A DNA stretch of 49,464 nucleotides from an uncultured Methylotenera sp. GTDB lineage: Bacteria; Pseudomonadota; Gammaproteobacteria; Burkholderiales; Methylophilaceae. How positions within the stretch are numbered: the stretch's first letter is position 1; each line of letters begins with the position of its first letter. Below, piece after piece: positions 1-8,553 of the stretch. The notes under the pieces are model-generated. The model was not told the DNA's origin and made no database searches. It was given only the letters and a program-made list of their open reading frames with translations. Where the stretch lies: positions 1 to 49,464 of the forward strand of contig CAYTIV010000001.1 in the NCBI GenBank assembly GCA_964437895.1. The letters are read 5' to 3'. Position numbers and translations under genes: made by a program.

Positions 1-90
1 AAGGTTTCAGAGGTCATGGTAAAAGCAATCTTTGCCAAATCGGGTATGATAACAGCTTTAATTGCCAAGCAAAAAACCAGCACGCACAGC

Positions 91-1413
91 ATGCACATAG
101 ACCAACTCCAACAAATTGCGCAAGACATCATTCAACTGACCCGCAAAGCAGGTGCCAGCAGTGCCGAAACCGAAGTCAGTTTTGGCACGGGCCAGAATGT
201 GTCCGTCAGACAGGGTGAAACCGAGAACATCGAATATAACCGTGACAAAGGCTGCTCGGTGACGGTCTATTTCGGTCAGCGCAAAGGCTATGCCAGCACC
301 TCAGACCTGACTGCACAAGCGCTGAAAGACACGGTTGAGGCCGCTTGTAATATCGCCAAATACACCGCACAAGACCCCTTCTGCGGTTTGGCTGATCCTG
401 CGTTGATGGCCACACAGTTTCCTGACTTATCCCTGCATCACCCCTGGCACATTGATGTGGACGAAGCACTGGCGCTGGCACAGCGCTGTGAAGCAGCCGC
501 GCTCGCAGTAGACCCGCGTATCAGCAATAGTGAAGGCGCCAGCATTTATAGCCAGAGCGGCGCGTTTGTTTACGCCAATAGTCATGGCTTTAGCGGCGGC
601 TATCCCAGCTCACGACATAGCATCAGCTGCTCGGTCATCGCCGAGACCGAAGGCCTGATGCAACGTGATTACTGGTATAGCAGTGCACGCGACGCGCAAG
701 ACCTGGCCAGTCCAGAACTGGTGGGGCACACCGCTGGTAGCCGCACCGTCAAACGGTTGGGCGCCCGCCCGATCAAAACGGGTCAGTATCCTGTGCTATT
801 TGAAGCCCCCTTGGCCAGCGGTCTGATCAGCACCTTGATCAGTGCCATCTCCGGCGGCAATTTGTACCGCAAATCCTCGTTCCTGCTGGACAGCCTGGGG
901 CAAGTCATCGCCAGCCCAATTCTGCACATTGAAGAAGACCCCTTTGTGCTCAAAGGCGCGGCCAGTAGCGCGTTTGACAGTGAGGGCGTGGCCTGCAAGG
1001 CACGCACATTGGTTGAAAACGGTGTATTGCAGGGCTATATGCTAGGCAGCTACTCCGCACGCAAACTGGGCATGCAGTCTACGGGCAACGCAGGCGGCGC
1101 GCACAATATCATTGTGCGCTCTACCGGCCATTCCCTGACGCAACTATGCCAGCAAATGGGCACCGGCTTGCTGGTCACCGAGTTACTGGGACATGGCATG
1201 AACATGGTGACCGGGGATTACTCCAGAGGCGCCGCCGGTTACTGGGTAGAAAATGGGGAGATTGTGCACCCAGTGGAAGAAGTCACCATCGCCAGCAATA
1301 TGAAGGAAATGCTTAAAGGCATCGTGGCCATTGGTAACGATGCGATTGCGCATAGCTCACGCTTGACGGGCTCCTTGCTGATAGACCGCATGATGATTGC
1401 CTCCGCTGACTAA
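91..1413 (+). CDS. pmbA: Metalloprotease PmbA/TldE
   Basis: ORF 16..1413; likely start ATG 91 (MHIDQLQ). PmbA motifs FDSEG, STGNAGG, VTGDYSRGAAG. Confidence 0.93.
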   Translation: MHIDQLQQIAQDIIQLTRKAGASSAETEVSFGTGQNVSVRQGETENIEYNRDKGCSVTVYFGQRKGYASTSDLTAQALKDTVEAACNIAKYTAQDPFCGLADPALMATQFPDLSLHHPWHIDVDEALALAQRCEAAALAVDPRISNSEGASIYSQSGAFVYANSHGFSGGYPSSRHSISCSVIAETEGLMQRDYWYSSARDAQDLASPELVGHTAGSRTVKRLGARPIKTGQYPVLFEAPLASGLISTLISAISGGNLYRKSSFLLDSLGQVIASPILHIEEDPFVLKGAASSAFDSEGVACKARTLVENGVLQGYMLGSYSARKLGMQSTGNAGGAHNIIVRSTGHSLTQLCQQMGTGLLVTELLGHGMNMVTGDYSRGAAGYWVENGEIVHPVEEVTIASNMKEMLKGIVAIGNDAIAHSSRLTGSLLIDRMMIASAD

Positions 1414-1451
1414 GCGCCGAGCCACCATCCAATAAAAGCTGCGCACTCAAT

Positions 1452-1483
1452 AAAAAAGGCTTTGCATCTGCAAAGCCTTTTTT
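1452..1483. terminator. Bidirectional intrinsic terminator between convergent pmbA and mlaA
   Basis: AAAAAAGGCTTTGCA-TC-TGCAAAGCCTTTTTT perfect inverted repeat with A/T tracts on both sides. Confidence 0.88.
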
Positions 1484-1497
1484 CATTACCCTGACGT

Positions 1498-2577
1498 TTA
1501 CTGAGCCGCAGGCTCAGGCACCAGCTGCAGCAATGCTTCATTAATACCCGCCACCAAGGCAGGATCTTCAACGCCGGCAGGCGTTTGTTCAGTCTGGTCA
1601 GCAGCCTGCTCTTGCAAAGCGGGAAGCGTTTCAACAGCCTCAACAGCAGGCGCTGCTTCAGCAGTGGCCGGGCTAGGTACCGTAGCCACCTCAACGTCAT
1701 GAGCCTGAATCGCCGCAGGTTGCAACTCAGTCGTCGCTGGCAGCACCTCGTTGTTTACTGCAGGCGTGACCGCCGCATCTGCAGCAGGCGTAGTCTCGGG
1801 CGCAACACTGCTGGTAGAAGCCGGGGCGGCCTGCTCTGGTGTATCGTCATCCGCAGGCTCAAACTCGTCCTGCAACAACTCTTTAGGCACCAAGCCATCT
1901 TGAATCAGGCTAGCCCGGCGCTGCAGGTAAGCATCACGCATAAAAGCGTAAGGATCAATAGAGGCGTTATCCACCAGATCAGTCGCATCCAGTAACTGCG
2001 TACGCTTATCTAACACTTGCGCAGCACGCACTTGGTTATAAGTACGAATCTCGCCAATATTATGCAGATATTGAATAGGATCTGAGGTGACGGTATCGAT
2101 GGCCAAACCACTCGCATCGCGCACGGTGCTGGGGCCTAAAATCGGCAGCACCAGATAAGCTCCGGAATCCACACCCCAGTAACCCAATGTTTGACCAAAG
2201 TCTTCTTGATGCTTGGGAATCTTGTCCATGCTGGCCACGTCGATAAAACCAGCAATACCAAACGTGGAGTTGATGACAAAACGGCCTGCATCTGCAAACG
2301 CCTGTGAAAATTTCAACTGCAACAGATCATTGACGATGGTAGTCAGCGTGCCCAGATTGCTGAAGAAGTTACTGATGCCTGTACGCACTGGTGTCGGTGC
2401 TACGGCCTTGTAGGTTTTAGCTACGGGCTGAATCGCATAACGGTCAGCCACATCGTTAAATTTGTAAATTCCCCGGTTGATGCCTTCCAGTGGGTCTTTA
2501 TTGGTTGTGGCACAACCAGAGACACTCACCAGCACGGCAGCCAAAACGATCGCTCTCAGTTTTTTCATATTAGTCAT
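1498..2577 (-). CDS. mlaA: MlaA/VacJ outer-membrane lipoprotein with long acidic C-terminal extension
   Basis: Lipobox VSGC; DPLEGINR, RFVINSTFGIAG, EDFGQTLGYWG, LPILGPSTVRD, DPYAFMRDAYLQRR. Start 2577 or 2568 more likely than 2607. Confidence 0.92.
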   Translation of the reverse strand: MTNMKKLRAIVLAAVLVSVSGCATTNKDPLEGINRGIYKFNDVADRYAIQPVAKTYKAVAPTPVRTGISNFFSNLGTLTTIVNDLLQLKFSQAFADAGRFVINSTFGIAGFIDVASMDKIPKHQEDFGQTLGYWGVDSGAYLVLPILGPSTVRDASGLAIDTVTSDPIQYLHNIGEIRTYNQVRAAQVLDKRTQLLDATDLVDNASIDPYAFMRDAYLQRRASLIQDGLVPKELLQDEFEPADDDTPEQAAPASTSSVAPETTPAADAAVTPAVNNEVLPATTELQPAAIQAHDVEVATVPSPATAEAAPAVEAVETLPALQEQAADQTEQTPAGVEDPALVAGINEALLQLVPEPAAQ

Positions 2578-2783
2578 TATATTTGGTAGCTTTTCAAGCG
2601 CATTCAATGATCACATCCCCGATACTGCTTGCAAAGTTACTTCGCAGTGGCCGGCATAAGTATTAACGGAAATCCCTCAGAGAATTGTAGGGAGCCTCTT
2701 AAAAATATTCGAAACCGACATCAGGGCCTTGATCCATACCGCACCCTGCCACAAAGTAAAGCAGTTTTATTCTACATCAAATG

Positions 2784-4217
2784 TCATCTTTGCTTCACAT
2801 TATTTTTGTATAGCTGCAACGCCGCTTCGCGCTGTACGGCATGATCTACCAAGGGGGGCGGATAGTCTGGCCTTAAGGTCTTGTCGAACAAGCCTTTTTT
2901 AAGAAATTTTTCGGCCCAAGGAGCGTGAATATGCTGATCATCGAGCGCGGCCAGTTCCGGTACATATTTGCGTATAAATTTGCCCTGCGGATCAAACTTT
3001 TCAGACTGCGATTGCGGGTTGAATATCCTGAAATAGGGTTGCGCATCACAGCCGGTGGAAGCGGCCCACTGCCAGCCGCCGTTATTGGCAGCTAAGTCAA
3101 AGTCGATCAGTTTTTCGGCAAAATAGCGCTCGCCCCAGCGCCAGTCAATCAAGAGATCCTTGACCAGAAAACTGGCGACGACCATGCGCAATCGATTATG
3201 CATATAGCCAGTCTGATTCAATTGGCGCATGGCGGCATCAACAATAGGAAATCCGGTGCGGCCTTCACACCAAGCGGCAAACCACTGCGGATCATTCGAG
3301 AACGGCAGGGCCTCGTATTCTGCTTTGTAAGCCCGCCCCTGCTGCAAATCGGGTCGATGGAACAAGATTTGAAAATAAAAATCGCGCCAGATTAACTCAC
3401 TGAGCCAAGTGGCTGCCCCGGCATTGCCCGCTTGCATCAACTGCCAGGCGGCGCGCGCCAGCTGACGGATGGACAACGTGCCAAAACGCAGGTGTACTGA
3501 GAGATAAGACACCCCCTTCACTGCCGGATAATTGCGCGCGTCATGATAGTGATCGATGCGCTGCAGAAAATCCTCGAACAACTGTTGTGCGCCAGACATG
3601 CCAGTAGGCAGCCGCATTTCACGCAGGTTGCTACGCTCAAACCCCAGCGCGGCCAATTCTGGCATAGGCGTCGCAGCCACGGGGGCCAGATGCTGCCAAT
3701 ACCGCTCAACCGGATACGCTTTCAAGTAAAACGGATTCAGTTTTGCCAGATGGGCATTTTTGTAAGGAGTAAACACGCCGTAAGGCTTACCCGCCTGCGT
3801 CATCACCTCGTCTTGCTCAAACAGGACTTGGTCTTTAAACAGGTGTAAGGTCTTTCCTGCGTCGCGCAGGCGATCTGCCACCGCGGCATCGCGCGCGATG
3901 GCCACTGGCTCATAGTCTTTGTTGGCATATACCGCACTGACTTGCAGCTGGTCAGCCAGAGCTGGAATTTCAGTCAGTGGCGCACCATGCAACACCTGCA
4001 CATCACTGCCGCGGGCTTGCAGCGCCTGCTTGAGCGCCAGCACACTCTCCCAGATAAACTCCACCCGGCGGTCCTGCCGGTCAGATAAGGCGTTCAGAAT
4101 CTTGGTATCAAAGACAAATGCCACATAAACTTGTGTATGCCGCTTAAGTGCATGATAAAGGGCGGCATGATCATGATCGCGCAAATCGCGACGTAGCCAG
4201 ACCAAGGCTCTAGACAT
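2784..4217 (-). CDS. phrB: Class I CPD DNA photolyase
   Basis: Start MSRALVWLRRDLR at 4217; GRTGFPIVDAAMRQL, YMHNRLRM, WRWGERYF, NNGGWQW, PYFRIFNP. Confidence 0.92.
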   Translation of the reverse strand: MSRALVWLRRDLRDHDHAALYHALKRHTQVYVAFVFDTKILNALSDRQDRRVEFIWESVLALKQALQARGSDVQVLHGAPLTEIPALADQLQVSAVYANKDYEPVAIARDAAVADRLRDAGKTLHLFKDQVLFEQDEVMTQAGKPYGVFTPYKNAHLAKLNPFYLKAYPVERYWQHLAPVAATPMPELAALGFERSNLREMRLPTGMSGAQQLFEDFLQRIDHYHDARNYPAVKGVSYLSVHLRFGTLSIRQLARAAWQLMQAGNAGAATWLSELIWRDFYFQILFHRPDLQQGRAYKAEYEALPFSNDPQWFAAWCEGRTGFPIVDAAMRQLNQTGYMHNRLRMVVASFLVKDLLIDWRWGERYFAEKLIDFDLAANNGGWQWAASTGCDAQPYFRIFNPQSQSEKFDPQGKFIRKYVPELAALDDQHIHAPWAEKFLKKGLFDKTLRPDYPPPLVDHAVQREAALQLYKNNVKQR

Positions 4218-4219
4218 AA

Positions 4220-4687
4220 TTATTCTCGGTGATAGGGGTGACCGCTTAGAACCGTGTGGGCGCGATAAAGTTGCTCGGCCAGCATCACGCGCACCATGCC
4301 GTGTGGCATGGTTAATTTGGAAAGGCTGAATAACCACTGCGCTTGCGCTTTGAGTTGCGCGTGCAGACCATCGGCACCACCGATGACCAGCGAAACATCG
4401 CGCCCCATCTCTTGCCAGCCTTTGAGTTTTTCAGCCAGTTGCAGGGTAGTCACGGCCTGGCCGCGCTCATCCAGCGCCACCAGATAATCCTTGCCGGCGA
4501 CTTCCAGAATACGTTTGGCTTCGGCTTCTTGTACGACTTCACTGTTTTTTCCAGCCGCCCGCTTATCCGGTTTGATCTCGATGATGCGCGTTTCAAGCTC
4601 GCGCGGCATGCGCTTGAGATATTCTGCGCAGGCAGTCTCCACCCAGTCGGGCATCTTGTGACCGACTGAGATAATGTTAAGTTTCAT
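4220..4687 (-). CDS. rlmH: 23S rRNA pseudouridine-1915 N3-methyltransferase
   Basis: LDERG, IGGADGL, SLSKLTMPH, EQLYRA, HPYHRE C-terminus. Confidence 0.96.
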   Translation of the reverse strand: MKLNIISVGHKMPDWVETACAEYLKRMPRELETRIIEIKPDKRAAGKNSEVVQEAEAKRILEVAGKDYLVALDERGQAVTTLQLAEKLKGWQEMGRDVSLVIGGADGLHAQLKAQAQWLFSLSKLTMPHGMVRVMLAEQLYRAHTVLSGHPYHRE

Positions 4688-4716
4688 GCAGAAATCAGGT
4701 GGACGGAGAGAAAGCG

Positions 4717-5088
4717 TTAGGCAGCAGAGGCTGTGCGGCGAGATTGTGACTCACTCCACAGCTGCTCGATGTTGTAGTAAGCGCGGGTGGCAGGCACCAT
4801 GACATGGACGACGATATCGCCAAGATCGACCAGCACCCACTCGCCTTCTTTTTCACCTTCTACACCACGTGCCTCAATACCCTTTTCTTTGAGCTTTTCG
4901 CGCACGTTGTCCGCAATCGCCTTGCACTGACGGGTAGAGTTGCCGCTGGCCACCATCATGTAGCTGGTCACTGCGGTCATATGGCGAACATCCATGACCG
5001 TGATGTCAAAGGCTTTAATATCTTCCAGCGCGTCAACAACGGCCAGTTTCATGTCTTCAAGAGACAGTATTTCAGTTTGAGGTTGCAT
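4717..5088 (-). CDS. rsfS: Ribosome silencing factor
   Basis: LEDIKAFDI, EWVLVDLGDIVVHVM, RAYYNIEQLW; start 5088 or 5052; upstream of rlmH as usual. Confidence 0.94.
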   Translation of the reverse strand: MQPQTEILSLEDMKLAVVDALEDIKAFDITVMDVRHMTAVTSYMMVASGNSTRQCKAIADNVREKLKEKGIEARGVEGEKEGEWVLVDLGDIVVHVMVPATRAYYNIEQLWSESQSRRTASAA

Positions 5089-5101
5089 AAGGTATTCAAA
5101 A

Positions 5102-5482
5102 TCAGGCGGCTTGCGCAGGAATGTGGTTTTTCTGCTCGACAATACGGTTTTGCGCATCTACATACACCAGTTGCGGGTGATAGGCAGACAACTCCGCTTC
5201 AGTGTATTGAGAGTAACTGGCGATAATGATCAGGTCATCCGGATCTGCCTTGTGTGCGGCAGCCCCATTGACCGAAATCACGCCGGAGTGGCGTTCGGCA
5301 CGAATGGCATAAGTAGTGAAACGCTCACCATTATTGATATTGTAAATCTGGATCTGCTCGTATTCGTGAATATTGGCAGCTTCCAGCAAAGCTTCATCAA
5401 TCGCACAGCTGCCTTCATAGTGCAGCTCGCTATGCGTGACACGCACACGGTGCAGCTTTGATTTCAACATGGTTCTTTGCAT
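5102..5482 (-). CDS. panD: Aspartate 1-decarboxylase
   Basis: [12 protein letters not shown] (G-S autocleavage site), [16 protein letters not shown]. Confidence 0.97.
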   Translation of the reverse strand: MQRTMLKSKLHRVRVTHSELHYEGSCAIDEALLEAANIHEYEQIQIYNINNGERFTTYAIRAERHSGVISVNGAAAHKADPDDLIIIASYSQYTEAELSAYHPQLVYVDAQNRIVEQKNHIPAQAA

Positions 5483-5527
5483 TGCGTTCCTTAGCTCGAA
5501 CTTCCACCCGCGGCGGAAAAGGACGTA

Positions 5528-5556
5528 ATTATAAAGTTATCAATGGCTTAGCGCAA
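5528..5556 (-). promoter_or_regulatory. Sigma70 promoter for panD-rsfS-rlmH-phrB
   Basis: Minus strand TTGCGC (5556-5551), 17 nt spacer, TATAAT (5533-5528). Confidence 0.65.
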
Positions 5557-5581
5557 AATAAATTTATCAGAAAGTACACCC

Positions 5582-6442
5582 TCAAGCGGACGCACTTACT
5601 TCGCAGTTATCAATCAGCCGCGTATTGCCCAGTCGCGCAGCTGCCAGCACCACCCAGTCGCGACTCTGCGCATCCGGCAAAGTCAATGTCTGTTGACGCC
5701 TGATTTCTATGTAATCTACCTGCCAGCCCGCCTGTTGCAGCGCGGAATGGGCCGCCGCAACCAACACCGCATAATCGCGGCGCCCCTGCAACAAAGCCTG
5801 ACGGATCAACTGCAATTGCTGATTGAGCTGTGCTGCCTGTGTTTTTTCTGCGACACTGAGGTAGCCATTTCGTGAGCTCATGGCCAGCCCAGAGGGCTCA
5901 CGCACAGTCTCTCCGGCGATGATTTCGATATCAAAATTCAATTGCCGCACCAGCGCGCGAATCACCATCAGCTGCTGATAATCTTTTTTGCCAAACACCG
6001 CGACCGCAGGCTGCACCATATTAAATAGCTTGGCCACCACCGTCGCGACCCCCGCAAAATGCCCGGGCCGACTGGCGCCACACAAATCATTGGCTAAGGC
6101 GGGAGGCTGTATCACCACCTCTTGATGCAAATGGCTGCCATCAAAATCAGCATACATCTCCTCTACGGCCGGGGCAAATACCACATCCGCCCCTACCGCC
6201 TGCAATTGTGCGCAATCTGCCGCCAGCGTACGCGGGTAGCTGCCAAAGTCCTCATGCGCACCAAACTGCAATGGATTGACAAAGATGCTCACGACGACCA
6301 GATCGGCATGCTGCTTTGCCAACGTCACCAGCTGACAATGTCCGGCATGAAGATTACCCATGGTGGGGACAAACCCGATGCGGCGCGGCCCTTGTGTTGC
6401 CATAAAAGCGCGGAGCGCTTGTCGCGTGTGAAATACCTGCAT
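5582..6442 (-). CDS. panC: Pantoate-beta-alanine ligase
   Basis: FVPTMGNLHAGH, SIFVNPLQF, FGKKDYQQL, GLAMSSRN, RLIDN. Confidence 0.97.
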   Translation of the reverse strand: MQVFHTRQALRAFMATQGPRRIGFVPTMGNLHAGHCQLVTLAKQHADLVVVSIFVNPLQFGAHEDFGSYPRTLAADCAQLQAVGADVVFAPAVEEMYADFDGSHLHQEVVIQPPALANDLCGASRPGHFAGVATVVAKLFNMVQPAVAVFGKKDYQQLMVIRALVRQLNFDIEIIAGETVREPSGLAMSSRNGYLSVAEKTQAAQLNQQLQLIRQALLQGRRDYAVLVAAAHSALQQAGWQVDYIEIRRQQTLTLPDAQSRDWVVLAAARLGNTRLIDNCEVSASA

Positions 6443-6527
6443 GCTCTGTGATGAATCCTTGTTCAGTAAGCGTGCAATATATCACAGCCCTATGCGCCAC
6501 CGCCCGCACACACTGCCCTTTGTGTAA

Positions 6528-6557
6528 TTGACAATCAGCCAAGGGCGCGCCTATAGT
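6528..6557 (+). promoter_or_regulatory. Sigma70 promoter of mscL
   Basis: TTGACA (6528-6533), 18 nt spacer, TATAGT (6552-6557). Confidence 0.6.
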
Positions 6558-6602
6558 GATATTTGCAAGTTTCTACAATACTTAACACGGGGAGCAATAA
6601 AA

Positions 6603-7016
6603 ATGAGTGTGATGTCCGAATTTAGACAGTTTGCGCTAAAAGGCAATGTCATGGACCTGGCGGTCGGTGTCATTATCGGCGGTGCTTTTGGCAAGATCGT
6701 AGACTCTATGGTCAACGACATCATTATGCCTATTGTCGGCAAACTGTTTGGCGGGTTTGATTTCAGCAATCTTTATCTGGCGCTCAATGGCCAGTCCACA
6801 GACCTGTCACTGGTAGAAGCCAAAAAGCTGGGCGCCGTGCTCGCCTATGGCAACTTTATTACCATCGTACTCAATTTCGTGATTCTGGCGTTCATCATCT
6901 TTCAGATGGTCAAATTCATGAACAGCTTGAAACAGGCAGAACCGCCACCTGCACCAGCGCCTACGCCCGAAGATATCGTGCTACTGCGTGAAATCCGCGA
7001 CAGCTTAAAAAAATAA
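6603..7016 (+). CDS. mscL: Large-conductance mechanosensitive channel
   Basis: [40 protein letters not shown]; ATG 6603 after GGAG. Confidence 0.96.
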   Translation: MSVMSEFRQFALKGNVMDLAVGVIIGGAFGKIVDSMVNDIIMPIVGKLFGGFDFSNLYLALNGQSTDLSLVEAKKLGAVLAYGNFITIVLNFVILAFIIFQMVKFMNSLKQAEPPPAPAPTPEDIVLLREIRDSLKK

Positions 7017-7032
7017 TCGCGTTGCAGACATG

Positions 7033-7062
7033 ACAAAGGGCGCCAAGGCGCCCTTTGTTTTT
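7033..7062 (+). terminator. Intrinsic terminator after mscL (possibly bidirectional)
   Basis: ACAAAGGGCGCC-AA-GGCGCCCTTTGT followed by T tract. Confidence 0.85.
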
Positions 7063-7083
7063 AAGCCTGACAGAAATTGGCTC

Positions 7084-7479
7084 TTACAGATTGGCAGGAT
7101 CCGCAGGCACTTCATACGTCTGGCCAGTGCTCGCATCCGAGCCATCATTGTTCAAAAACACCACCACACTCACTTGATCATCAATGATATCTAGCTCAGT
7201 GGTTGGATAAAACGCACCGTTGGCGTCTTTGTTGATGTTGTGATAGTGCCAGATGGAGGCCACGACACGACCACTATCCTTGAGTTTGACATCTTCAGCA
7301 CGGGCAGGCTCCCCAAGCAGAGCCACCAGTTGCGCGCGGGTAAGCTTACCCACGGCATTGACAAAGCCCTGTTCGTCCTGTGGAATCGTGGTAGCAGATG
7401 TGCCTGCCCACAGCGGCGCACCAGACAGCAATAACGCACCAGCCAACACCCCATTAAACCAGTTTTTTGTACGCATCAT
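7084..7479 (-). CDS. Small exported hypothetical protein (possible SmpA/BamE-like fold)
   Basis: AAGGAG RBS; signal peptide ending LWA; LTRAQLVALLGEP...IWHY pattern. Confidence 0.7.
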   Translation of the reverse strand: MMRTKNWFNGVLAGALLLSGAPLWAGTSATTIPQDEQGFVNAVGKLTRAQLVALLGEPARAEDVKLKDSGRVVASIWHYHNINKDANGAFYPTTELDIIDDQVSVVVFLNNDGSDASTGQTYEVPADPANL

Positions 7480-7545
7480 GACTCTCCTTTAGTTCAAAAC
7501 TCAGGCAATCAAAACTACAATTGGTTCAACCGGGCAGGCATACGC

Positions 7546-8406
7546 CTAGACAGACTCGATGGGATAAACCTCTTCCGGCAACTGCTCTATCAGCAGAACG
7601 TGCACGCGACGACTGTCGGCATGCACGACGGTGACACTGAGGTTATCAATACGAATATGCTCGCCACGCTTGGGCAAATGGCCAAAGTGATTCACCACTA
7701 GGCCGCCTACCGTAGAAAATTCTTCATCGCTAAAACTCGTGCCGATAGCCTCATTGAATTCAGGAATTTCGGTCAGCGCCTTGACGCGGTATTTGCCTGG
7801 CGCCTGCTGGATGATATTGCTTTCATCCTCATCATCGTCGTACTCGTCTTCAATATCGCCGACAATCTGCTCCAGCACATCTTCAATGGTCACCATACCG
7901 GCGACGCCACCATATTCATCGACCACAATGGCGATATGGTTACGGTTGCTGCGAAACTCTTTGAGCAGCACATTCAAGCGCTTAGACTCAGGAATAAACA
8001 CGGTTGGGCGCAGCATGTCGCGCAACTCAAACGATTCACTGGCGTAATAACGCAACAGATCTTTGGCCAGCAAAATGCCGATCACATCGTTTTTGTTATC
8101 TTCAATGACGGGAAAACGGGAATGCGCCGTTTCAATCACAAACGGCAAAAAACTTTCGGGCGGCTGAGCGATATCAATCACGTCCATCTGCGAGCGTGGG
8201 ATCATGATATCGCGCACCTGCATCTCACTGACTTGCAGCACACCTTCAATCATGGCCAGCGAGTCACTGTCCATCAGGTGATTTTCATAAGCCCCGTGTA
8301 GCAGTTCTACCAACTGCTCTCTGTCTTCTGGCTCACGCAGAAGAAAATGACTTAATCGTTCTAATAAAGAGGGTTTATGTGACAACTTATCCGGCTCTGA
8401 AGCCAT
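7546..8406 (-). CDS. corC: HlyC/CorC family CBS-domain Mg/Co transport-associated protein
   Basis: VRDIMIPRSQM, HSRFPV, IVVDEYGGVAGMVTIEDVLEQIVGDIEDEYD; likely start 8406 (MASEPDK). Confidence 0.92.
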   Translation of the reverse strand: MASEPDKLSHKPSLLERLSHFLLREPEDREQLVELLHGAYENHLMDSDSLAMIEGVLQVSEMQVRDIMIPRSQMDVIDIAQPPESFLPFVIETAHSRFPVIEDNKNDVIGILLAKDLLRYYASESFELRDMLRPTVFIPESKRLNVLLKEFRSNRNHIAIVVDEYGGVAGMVTIEDVLEQIVGDIEDEYDDDEDESNIIQQAPGKYRVKALTEIPEFNEAIGTSFSDEEFSTVGGLVVNHFGHLPKRGEHIRIDNLSVTVVHADSRRVHVLLIEQLPEEVYPIESV

Positions 8407-8553
8407 AGCGACTGCTGAAAACAGCATCCTGTGTAATGCGATGACTAAAGGATACATGAAAATATAAGACAATGTCACCTTCATGGTTTTAATGGCGGCT
8501 CGCTGTCGCCGGAATCGATATAAAAAGTTTTAAATTCTGCTAAATTATTACCT

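Noticed and set aside
4218-4337. N-terminal extension of the photolyase ORF overlapping rlmH
   Set aside because: Homology begins at MSRALVW (4217); the extension is a longest-ORF artefact, as for several other track starts
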